40,253 nt of DNA from a virus. The translations under genes and the position numbers were made by a program. Under the pieces are notes generated by a model that did not search any database, was not told where the DNA came from, and saw only the letters and a program-made list of their open reading frames with translations. The stretch is taken from positions 1-40,253 of the IMG/VR virus record IMGVR_UViG_3300007102_000044, one strand, 5' to 3'. Each line of letters opens with the position of its first letter. The stretch's first letter is position 1. Positions 7,597 through 15,731 of the stretch are shown here, in pieces.

Positions 7597-9408
7597 ATGG
7601 CTGTAAAAACACATCCTAATATAATTATTAAAAATAAAATAAACAAAATATTATATGATAAAACTATAGAACATATAGATGTTGAATTGTTGAAAGCTTT
7701 TATTAGAAATAATTTAGATATATCTAAGATAGCCAATTTCAATCTAGTATTATATAAATATGAAAATCCATCATATATAAAGACGTTTGAATATTTATAT
7801 AGAAAATATAGTTATAAAAATTATTCAGAATTGATTTATATACTCTATAATGATATAGAACCCCCCAAATGTTCAGTTTGTGGAATTCATAATCAGAATT
7901 TTATATCTTTTAAACGGGGGTATTCTGGATTCTGTTCAAAATCTTGCGCATCAAAAAAGGCTAATCAGATAAGAGCATATTCTGATTTAATTAAAGAAGA
8001 ATTGACAGAATATGAAATTAGGAAATTAGTTATCTTGTTAATGAAAAGTGATAAATATTCTTTATATTCACCTTCTCAATCTTTTAAAACGCATGATATA
8101 AATCTATACAATAATATAATAAATAGAACCAATTACTTACAAGAAAACTGTAAATTTACCGAAAGATTATATCATATTGTTAATGGTTTATATAAAAATC
8201 CTACATGTGTTAAATGTGGTAATACTATTGATGTGAAATTTAAAACTTTTAACAATGGGTATGGTAGTTATTGTAAAACATGTATTAACAAAAAAACTGG
8301 TATGAAAATTGGCAATTCTACATCTAAAACTAAAAGAGAACAAAACTTTCAACAAATTATAAATAAATTTTCTGATGATTATATATGTTTAACAAAAAAG
8401 AATGAATTTGTTGAAACTGGAATTATGTCAGTCTATCATCATACATGTGGTAAAACTATAAAGCGTGAGCAAGGATATTATAATTATGGATGTCCATATT
8501 GTAAAAAATCAGGACGGTCTAACATAGAAAAGGAAATTAGAGATTTCTTGACTCTTTTTATTAAGGGTGATATTTTATTAAATACTAAACCATTGAAAGA
8601 CGATTCTAAAATTGGTAACGCTGGTAACAGAGAAATAGATATATACATCCCTGATAAAAAGATTGGTATCGAATATCATGGTTTATATTGGCACACAGAA
8701 TCTAATGGTAAGAATAATAAATATCATTTAGATAAGTATAATATGGCAAATGAAAACGATATACAATTATTACAAATATTTTCTAATGAATGGATATATA
8801 AAAATGATATAGTCAAATCAATTATTAAATCTAAATTGGGTGTGTATGATAATCGTTTATATGCCAGAAAATGTGAAGTTAGAGAGATTGACAATCAAAC
8901 AAAGGATAAATTTCTTGATGAAAACCATTTACAAGGTAAAGATATATCTAAACATAGGTTTGGTTTATATTATAACGATGAGCTTATTTCAGTTATGACC
9001 TTTGGTAAAAGAAATATATCAGGGCAATCAACTTTTGAATTAATTAGATATGCTTGTAAACTTAATACACAAATTATAGGTGGTGCAAGTAAGCTGTTTA
9101 AATACTTTATAAATAACTATTGGAATGGTGAAGCTATTAAAACCTATGCCGATAAAAGATATAGTAATGGTTCTCTGTATCATCAGCTAGGGTTTAAATA
9201 TACTCACGATTCAAAACCTAACTATTGGTATACAAAGGATTATAAAACTGTTGAACATAGAGCAAACTATATGAAACATAAACTTAAAGACAAACTATCA
9301 AATTATGATGAAAATTTAACTGAATGGGAAAATATGAAATTAAATGGATATGACCGTATATGGGATTGTGGTAATATGGTATTTGAATATAACAATTTAA
9401 ACAATTAA
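7597..9408 (+). CDS. Hef-like homing endonuclease (Zn ribbons, Vsr-like nuclease, C-terminal GNAT-like domain)
   Basis: Multiple CxxC pairs; SNIEKEI, EIDIYIPDKKIGIEYHGLYWH; YARKC, NHLQG, ELIRYA, GGASKL, YADKR, IWDCG. Confidence 0.8.
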   Translation: MAVKTHPNIIIKNKINKILYDKTIEHIDVELLKAFIRNNLDISKIANFNLVLYKYENPSYIKTFEYLYRKYSYKNYSELIYILYNDIEPPKCSVCGIHNQNFISFKRGYSGFCSKSCASKKANQIRAYSDLIKEELTEYEIRKLVILLMKSDKYSLYSPSQSFKTHDINLYNNIINRTNYLQENCKFTERLYHIVNGLYKNPTCVKCGNTIDVKFKTFNNGYGSYCKTCINKKTGMKIGNSTSKTKREQNFQQIINKFSDDYICLTKKNEFVETGIMSVYHHTCGKTIKREQGYYNYGCPYCKKSGRSNIEKEIRDFLTLFIKGDILLNTKPLKDDSKIGNAGNREIDIYIPDKKIGIEYHGLYWHTESNGKNNKYHLDKYNMANENDIQLLQIFSNEWIYKNDIVKSIIKSKLGVYDNRLYARKCEVREIDNQTKDKFLDENHLQGKDISKHRFGLYYNDELISVMTFGKRNISGQSTFELIRYACKLNTQIIGGASKLFKYFINNYWNGEAIKTYADKRYSNGSLYHQLGFKYTHDSKPNYWYTKDYKTVEHRANYMKHKLKDKLSNYDENLTEWENMKLNGYDRIWDCGNMVFEYNNLNN

Positions 9409-9684
9409 AACCCTCTTTTTAGAGGGCTTTCTTTTTTCAAACATATCTATAGCGGTATCACATATAGTCTCATATTTCCAATATATTTCATCCATAAAAT
9501 ATTTAAATTTTTTAAATGTTTCATCACTCATAGATTCAAGAAGTTCATTTGTAATAGTATCAATATTTGTATATTCATCACTACTACCATAACATTCTGA
9601 CGAACAATATCCTTTGTCCATATGGTCTATTGAATCACATGATGAACAATAATGAAACTTTTTACCACATTTTTTACAGTTCAT
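9397..9684 (-). CDS. Hypothetical Cys-rich protein
   Basis: CKKC, CSSC, CSSEC motifs. Confidence 0.6.
   Translation of the reverse strand: MNCKKCGKKFHYCSSCDSIDHMDKGYCSSECYGSSDEYTNIDTITNELLESMSDETFKKFKYFMDEIYWKYETICDTAIDMFEKRKPSKKRVLIV
9411..9438 (+). terminator. Terminator hairpin at convergent junction
   Basis: CCCTCT-TTTT-AGAGGG plus T-tract; inverted near-copy of 15702-15725. Confidence 0.65.
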
Positions 9685-9692
9685 AACACCCC

Positions 9693-9887
9693 CTAATCAA
9701 ACACAACTTTTTCATATGCTTTATCGGTCAAATATTTTAAAGCTTTTTCTGGTTCTACAAACTCTTTAACCATTTTCACTTCGTCATAATATACAACCTT
9801 CCCTTCATGCATAAGCGTATACTGCATATAATTCCCTTTTGTAATACCAAAAAATGATTGCCACATTATATTATACCTCTTTTCCAC
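9693..9887 (-). CDS. Hypothetical protein (start possibly 9869)
   Basis: Operon packing; AGAGGTATAAT RBS precedes the internal Met. Confidence 0.55.
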   Translation of the reverse strand: MEKRYNIMWQSFFGITKGNYMQYTLMHEGKVVYYDEVKMVKEFVEPEKALKYLTDKAYEKVVFD

Positions 9888-10219
9888 ATTTTAAGGTTTC
9901 CATTAATTACTTCATTCTGAAGAACCTTTTCAAGTTTTTCGGTTGCTGTGTGTGAAACGATTTTGCCATATGTTTTTCCATCCATATCAACAAATGTGTA
10001 ACATACTTTATTCTTATAGTATGATGGTTCACGATTAAGATTGAACCATCTTTTAAGGTCTTTGTTATATCTTTCTTTACGATATGATATTTTGTTGAAT
10101 TTGTAACGATACATATAACCATCTTTTTCTTTTTTGAAATTACCGAAACGGTCTTCAGTCCAGTTACAAATTTTAAGGACTTCTTTGATTTGTTCTTTTA
10201 TATTCATAATTACATCCAT
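9866..10219 (-). CDS. Hypothetical protein
   Basis: 117-aa ORF in operon. Confidence 0.6.
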   Translation of the reverse strand: MDVIMNIKEQIKEVLKICNWTEDRFGNFKKEKDGYMYRYKFNKISYRKERYNKDLKRWFNLNREPSYYKNKVCYTFVDMDGKTYGKIVSHTATEKLEKVLQNEVINGNLKMWKRGII

Positions 10220-10485
10220 TCTTCTTTTGGAATACCAGCACTTTCAAGAAGTTCTATATTCACATAATAGTTCCAGATACCTTTATCAACATACCAAGCG
10301 GTTTGAATTATTCCATTTTTAGAACTTCTTCCATTAGTATGAGTGGATTCTCTCATATCTGGACTATGTTTCCATTTACCTTCTGTTCTGACAAAAAGAC
10401 CAACCATTGTCATGGTGTTAGCGTTAACTTTAATAATATTATCATCATTTTCCAGTCTTTTCATATAAGATTCTTTAAATTTCAT
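10210..10485 (-). CDS. Hypothetical early protein
   Basis: Conserved RBS and promoter upstream. Confidence 0.65.
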   Translation of the reverse strand: MKFKESYMKRLENDDNIIKVNANTMTMVGLFVRTEGKWKHSPDMRESTHTNGRSSKNGIIQTAWYVDKGIWNYYVNIELLESAGIPKEEWM

Positions 10486-10613
10486 AATATAACCTCTTTT
10501 GTTTAATTGACCTTACATGGATACAATATATAACATTCAATCTATTGTCAACCCATAAATGTAAAAAAAGATAAATAATAAAAAGAATATTATTAAAGGA
10601 GAAATATAAATGG
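10483..10613. promoter_or_regulatory. Bidirectional early(-)/late(+) promoter cassette, copy 2
   Basis: Minus strand TTGACA-17-TATTGT; plus strand AAAAGATAAATA; duplicate of 5441-5573. Confidence 0.8.
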
Positions 10614-11104
10614 ACGTTGGACAATTTTCAGCTAACTTTGCTCACGGTGCTAGGGCTAACTTATATAGTGTGTATATTGATGATATGCCTGAAAAGATTA
10701 AATTTCTTGTAAAGGCTACTTCTATCCCTTCAGTTGATGTTGGTGTTATAGAAGTTCCATTCATGGACAAAACTATTAAGATTGCTGGTGATTTAACATT
10801 TGCAGAGTGGAACACAACTCTCATGCTTGATGAAGATTATGCGGGTAGAATTCAACTTGAAGAATGGGCGCAAAAAATCAAGAACTTTAATGAAGTTGGT
10901 GGTTCAAATAATGTTGCAGACTATTTTAGAACAGCAACAGTCACACAACTTTCAGGTGATGGTGTAACTGAACTCAGGAAATATAAGATTTATAATCTTT
11001 TCCCACAAACAGTTCCTACAATTGACCTGTCATGGGAATCAAAAGATACTATATCTGAATATGAAGTTACATGGGCTTACACATACTGGACACCTGTTAG
11101 CTAA
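10610..11104 (+). CDS. 19: Tail tube protein (gp19-like)
   Basis: GARANLY, IEVPF....KIAGD.TFAEW, FP..V..IDLSW...DTI.EYEVTWAYTYW. Confidence 0.93.
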   Translation: MDVGQFSANFAHGARANLYSVYIDDMPEKIKFLVKATSIPSVDVGVIEVPFMDKTIKIAGDLTFAEWNTTLMLDEDYAGRIQLEEWAQKIKNFNEVGGSNNVADYFRTATVTQLSGDGVTELRKYKIYNLFPQTVPTIDLSWESKDTISEYEVTWAYTYWTPVS

Positions 11105-11107
11105 TAA

Positions 11108-11614
11108 ATGAATAGTATTGATGAGATGGTATCCAATATCACAGGATACCTTAGACCAAATTTATTTACGATTGACATTGTACCCCCTACAGCAATTAGT
11201 GGACTGTACAATAGAAAAATATCATTGAATGGGAATGCAACAACATTCCCATTCGCCACTTTCTCAGAAGGTAAATTTTACTATAATAACTTAGACCACA
11301 AATTTGCTACTGAGAAAGATTATGACCCTGTTTCTATGACTTTTTATGTTGATAATGATAGTGATGTTTTAGATTTCTTCATTGCATGGCAATCATTGAT
11401 TATAGGAAACCACCATCTTGTCAGTTATAAAAGAAATTACGTTGGAACAGGTATAATAACACTTGTTGATGAGTCAAAGCGTTTTAAAAAGAGTGCTAAA
11501 CTTATAAACATGTACCCAACAAATATTAATGGATTGGATTTGGCATATTCAAGTAACAATTCAATATTAGAATTAAGCATGAGTATGAATTTTGATGATG
11601 TAGAATACGTTTAA
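11108..11614 (+). CDS. 54: Baseplate tail-tube initiator (gp54-like, tube paralog)
   Basis: RPNLF, YDPVSMTFYVD, WQ.LI, NMYPTNI..L.L. Confidence 0.75.
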   Translation: MNSIDEMVSNITGYLRPNLFTIDIVPPTAISGLYNRKISLNGNATTFPFATFSEGKFYYNNLDHKFATEKDYDPVSMTFYVDNDSDVLDFFIAWQSLIIGNHHLVSYKRNYVGTGIITLVDESKRFKKSAKLINMYPTNINGLDLAYSSNNSILELSMSMNFDDVEYV

Positions 11615-11628
11615 AAGGAGAGGATAAA

Positions 11629-12345
11629 ATGAGTTTACCAGTTTTTAATTCAACAAATTATACAGTTGAATTACCTATTTCAAAGAAAAAGATTATATAT
11701 AGACCTTACAATATAGAAGAAGAGAAAGCATTACTGCTTGCTAAAGAATCTGAGAATGTTTTGGATTTGCTTGAATGTATGTTTAATATCACTGATAAGT
11801 GTGTTATTGACCCTAGTTCATTTGATTCAAAAACACTAAATTGGATAGATTTTACTAAGCTTATAATGTTGATTAGAAGTAAATCAATATCTGAAAAGAT
11901 TAGTCTTTCTTTTCCATGCCCTCATTGTGAAACATCTATTAGTTATGAAAATAAACTCGACAACCTATTCATCATTGAAAATATTGGTATATCCAAGAAA
12001 GATGTTGAAATGGGTAATGGGTTTTCATTCTCAATAGTAGTACCAAATATTCAATATATTACATCAATTGAGAAATCTGATAATAACATTGATAAGATGA
12101 AAGATACTCTCATGTACAGTATTGATAAAATCTGGCATGATGGAAAGATGTATCCTGTTGAAGATATAGAAGAGCTTAGAACAAAGATTATAAACAATCT
12201 TTCTTATAGTGATATAGTAAAGATTTTTGCTAATATTAAAGATATGGCAACAGCTTCATTTGTTATCAATACAAAGTGTACTAATGAAGATTGTGGAAAA
12301 GATATTAATATAGAACAGGAGAATGTTCTAAATTTTTTCGCTTAA
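11629..12345 (+). CDS. 26: Baseplate hub assembly protein (gp26-like)
   Basis: MSLP....Y...LP......YRP....EEKALLLAKES, IRSKSI.E, two Cys pairs, ends NFFA. Confidence 0.85.
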   Translation: MSLPVFNSTNYTVELPISKKKIIYRPYNIEEEKALLLAKESENVLDLLECMFNITDKCVIDPSSFDSKTLNWIDFTKLIMLIRSKSISEKISLSFPCPHCETSISYENKLDNLFIIENIGISKKDVEMGNGFSFSIVVPNIQYITSIEKSDNNIDKMKDTLMYSIDKIWHDGKMYPVEDIEELRTKIINNLSYSDIVKIFANIKDMATASFVINTKCTNEDCGKDINIEQENVLNFFA

Positions 12346-12530
12346 CGTATGCGTACAGAGATTTAAAGAGCTTATACGAAACTATCTCTAACATGCATAG
12401 GATAGGTAAATATAGCATGTTAGATGTATACATGATGTACCCATACGAATTATTAATATATAGAAATATATTAGAAGCTCAATTGATAGAAGAAGAAAAC
12501 GAAAGGAAACGTAAAAATGGCAGAAAATAA
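12336..12530 (+). CDS. 51: gp51-like baseplate hub assembly catalyst in the -1 frame of gp26, probably expressed by frameshift
   Basis: FRLTYAYRDLKSLYETISNMHRIGKYSMLDVYMMYPYELLIYRNILEAQLIEEENERKRKNGRK*; KYS......M.PYE..IY is gp51-like. Not in the ORF track. Confidence 0.7.
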   Translation, partial: FRLTYAYRDLKSLYETISNMHRIGKYSMLDVYMMYPYELLIYRNILEAQLIEEENERKRKNGRK

Positions 12531-14553
12531 AGGTGTTAGAAATACAAAGAACAACACGGGTGTTTCTAAAAGCGATTTAGATTTTTTGGCTGAAAATTTG
12601 ATTGAACTGAATGATAGTCAAACTGAAACGACTAAAACAGTTCAGGAAACAAATGAGTATGTCAATCTTCTTATAGACGAAATGAAACTGCTTAAAACAT
12701 TTTCTAAAGATTCTAAAAATATGGAATCATCTCTTATGTCAACTATGATGGGTATTGCTGATAATATTGAATCGCAAGTATCAGCTGATGAAGAAGATAG
12801 AGTGAAAGCAAAGATTTCCAATAATATAAGCTTGGAAAATGTTCAATATGTTAAGAAGACTGCTTCAGCAATGGATTTTCTTAAAGGAAAAATATTATCA
12901 CCTGAAACAGTTTTATCACCTAAATCAATTATTGGTATAGGTGGACTTTTAGCGGATGCGCCTATATTTCTTTTAATAGGTGATGCTGTTGACGGTCTGT
13001 TAAAAGATTTCAAAAAGTTTAAAGAAGAAAATAAATCGGCTGACGATAAAAATTTAGCAATGTTAAAAGGTCTTAAAGGTAAGGATTCTTTATCAAAAGA
13101 CCAAATGAAAACTATCATGGAACAAACTGCTAAACTTTCATCAACTGATTCTGATGAAATAAGAAAAGTTCTTATTCAAAATGGTGTGAATTCAGAGGAC
13201 ATTATATCTGATTTTATGTCAACTATTCAAACAGCGGAAGATACTGCAATATCCCAGAATGCTGGTATGGTAGATTTACTTAAGAGTATGGATAAGTCAG
13301 ATGAAGAGATTAGAAGTATTTTTAGAAATATTGAATCTGGTGAAATGTTAGATGATTTGAAAAAAGATTTAATCGAATCACAGAATACAATTTCACAAGA
13401 ACTTAAGATGATTAGAGATGATAATAATGCTACAGCATTTTGGGATGAGGACAATAAAGAAAAAGAAATTAGAGACAGAGAAGAGCAATTAGACCTACTT
13501 AGAGCAAATGTTGAATCTATTGGTAAACTTACTGATAGTGTTACCAAAGAAAATGATAGTATATTTAATCACTTATTCACACTTGCTGGTGTGTTAGGGC
13601 TTGGGTTTGGTGCTGTAGTTGGTAAAATACTTTTACCTTTCCAAGTGCTTTTTAAAGGTGTTTCAGCAATTATAAAACCTATTGAAATGTTTACAGGACT
13701 ATCTAAGATGATTCTAAAACCTATTACAATGGTAACAGAAGTATTTTCGACTCTTGCAAATACATCAAGCTCGTTAGGTAAATTTTTGTCTGCTTTTAAA
13801 TTTGGTTTCAAATTTTTAACAATACCACTTCAGATTATAATGTCTGTTGTAGATTTTGTTAGAGGTTTCATGAATACAGAAGGAACAGTTGTAGATAAGA
13901 TTAAAGGTGGTTTAACACAAGTTGTAAAAGGTTTTATTGAATTACCGTTAAAACTTATTGGATGGGTTGTTGATTGGTTCTTAGGGTTATTTGGTGTTAA
14001 CATTGAAGGTGGTGCTGGTAAAGCTATGTTGGATTCAGCTTTAGGTTTATTCACTGGTGCTATAAATACCCTGTTTAATTTGGCTAATATGGTATTTGGA
14101 CTTATAACAGCACCTTTTAGGTCTGCTATATCTGTTTTCACAAATATTAGAGATTGGTTCAAAGGTGATAAATCGTTTGGTGGTGCTTTAAGTGGTATAT
14201 GGCAAGATTTAATTAGTATTGCTGATAATATAAAGAATCTAGTTGTACAATGGTTTGGTTCTGCAATCTCTAAAATACCGTTTATAGGCAAAAAGATTGC
14301 TGAAAAGATAGGTTATACTGCAATGAGTGATAACATGGATTCTAACGCTATTGTAGACGATGCTACAGCTAATCAAAGATTAACTCAACAAGCGGTTAGA
14401 ACTGAATTAGCTGGTCAAGAGACTACACAACAAGAGCCAACTCAGAATATAACAAATATAAACAATCAGACTAATAGAATCTCTAACCAAGATATGTCTG
14501 TTAGAACTGATGACTATACATTAACACGAATAGGCGTGTTTCAATTTGGGTGA
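12517..14553 (+). CDS. Tape measure / baseplate hub (gp29-like)
   Basis: 678 aa, helical, hydrophobic W/F-periodic C-terminal half, N/T/Q-rich tail; position in tail cluster. Confidence 0.75.
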   Translation: MAENKGVRNTKNNTGVSKSDLDFLAENLIELNDSQTETTKTVQETNEYVNLLIDEMKLLKTFSKDSKNMESSLMSTMMGIADNIESQVSADEEDRVKAKISNNISLENVQYVKKTASAMDFLKGKILSPETVLSPKSIIGIGGLLADAPIFLLIGDAVDGLLKDFKKFKEENKSADDKNLAMLKGLKGKDSLSKDQMKTIMEQTAKLSSTDSDEIRKVLIQNGVNSEDIISDFMSTIQTAEDTAISQNAGMVDLLKSMDKSDEEIRSIFRNIESGEMLDDLKKDLIESQNTISQELKMIRDDNNATAFWDEDNKEKEIRDREEQLDLLRANVESIGKLTDSVTKENDSIFNHLFTLAGVLGLGFGAVVGKILLPFQVLFKGVSAIIKPIEMFTGLSKMILKPITMVTEVFSTLANTSSSLGKFLSAFKFGFKFLTIPLQIIMSVVDFVRGFMNTEGTVVDKIKGGLTQVVKGFIELPLKLIGWVVDWFLGLFGVNIEGGAGKAMLDSALGLFTGAINTLFNLANMVFGLITAPFRSAISVFTNIRDWFKGDKSFGGALSGIWQDLISIADNIKNLVVQWFGSAISKIPFIGKKIAEKIGYTAMSDNMDSNAIVDDATANQRLTQQAVRTELAGQETTQQEPTQNITNINNQTNRISNQDMSVRTDDYTLTRIGVFQFG

Positions 14554-14556
14554 TAA

Positions 14557-15285
14557 ATGTTAGGAAGTACATTTTATTTTAATACAAGTAAGAAATACAT
14601 AGTTGCATTTGCAAATCTTTTTAAAGGTATTCAAGTTCAGAGATTTGATAATGCTGGTAATGTTGTTAAAACTATAGATGTTCCTATATCATATGTTGGA
14701 AAGTCTAAACTGTTTTATCAGCTTGGTAGAGATAGTAATAAGGTTTCAACTGTTTTACCACGTATAGGATTTATACTTAGACCAGTATCAAGAGATGTGA
14801 CAAGACAGATATCAAAATATAATACTATTGATTTAACATCTAGTGTTACAGGTGAAGATATACAGATAACATATAATCCAGTTCCATATAACTTCACTTT
14901 TGAAGTTGCTATTCTCGCAAAGAACTATGATGATATGTTACAAATAACAGAGCAAATTTGTCCTTTTTTTACACCTGATTATGGAATATCAGTTAATGAA
15001 ATTCCTGAATTTGGTATCACAAGAGATTTAAATGTGACTCTTGGTGATATTTCCATAGGTGTTGAAAATGAGTTTGGTCAAGAAGAAGATAGAATAGTTA
15101 CAACTGATATGACTTTTACAATGAAAGGTTGGTTGTATCACCCTATCAGAGATTCAAAAGTTATTGAAACTATTAACACACATTTGATTAATAAAGAAAC
15201 ACTTACAGAGTATGAAACAATACAAACAGAATATAATGCTATAACTGATAGTATTGATACAACAATTATAGAAGGTGGTGCTTAA
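14557..15285 (+). CDS. 15: Tail sheath stabilizer/terminator (gp15-like)
   Basis: FY....KKYIVAF.NLF, VPISY..K.K, LPRI, PVPYN..FE, QITEQI.PFF.P, KGWLY.P. Confidence 0.9.
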   Translation: MLGSTFYFNTSKKYIVAFANLFKGIQVQRFDNAGNVVKTIDVPISYVGKSKLFYQLGRDSNKVSTVLPRIGFILRPVSRDVTRQISKYNTIDLTSSVTGEDIQITYNPVPYNFTFEVAILAKNYDDMLQITEQICPFFTPDYGISVNEIPEFGITRDLNVTLGDISIGVENEFGQEEDRIVTTDMTFTMKGWLYHPIRDSKVIETINTHLINKETLTEYETIQTEYNAITDSIDTTIIEGGA

Positions 15286-15713
15286 TGAAAAAACCAAGTA
15301 TAGGTGATGAACTCAATATTGAACCACCTAAACAAATTGATTTAGATGAAGTAAATGTTGAACATAAATCACAGTCAGAAGATTTTGAAGATGATTATAG
15401 ATTCATTAGAGAGAAACTACACTTAGCTATTGAAAGGGGTGCTGATGTCCTTGATGAATCTGTTAAGAATGCTAAAATGGATTTACATCCACGTATAGTA
15501 GAAGGTGTTGCAACTATTTTGAATCAAATGGTTAATGCAAACTCACAGCTGTTAAATCTCCATGAAAAGATGAATAAGATTCAATCTTTAAAGGATGATA
15601 AATCAGATGAAGATGTTGAAACTGTAAAAGAGACATCCAAATCTTTGAGTGATTTGTTACAAGAAATTGAAGATGCAGAGAACGAGCGTTTAGAAAAAGA
15701 AAAAGCCCTCTAA
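15285..15713 (+). CDS. terS: Terminase small subunit (gp16-like)
   Basis: EDDY..IR...H, AK...HPR..E..AT...QM..AN..LL.LH..M..I resembles T4 gp16. Confidence 0.85.
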   Translation: MKKPSIGDELNIEPPKQIDLDEVNVEHKSQSEDFEDDYRFIREKLHLAIERGADVLDESVKNAKMDLHPRIVEGVATILNQMVNANSQLLNLHEKMNKIQSLKDDKSDEDVETVKETSKSLSDLLQEIEDAENERLEKEKAL

Positions 15714-15725
15714 AAAGAGGGCTTT
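15702..15725. terminator. Bidirectional terminator between late and replication blocks
   Basis: AAAGCCCTCT-AAAA-AGAGGGCTTT. Confidence 0.8.
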
Positions 15726-15731
15726 AATCGT

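Noticed and set aside
12843-14291. Minus-strand ORFs within the tape measure gene (likewise those within terL and gp18, and + strand ORFs across 16-38 kb)
   Set aside because: Antisense shadows of well-supported genes with no RBS or motifs.
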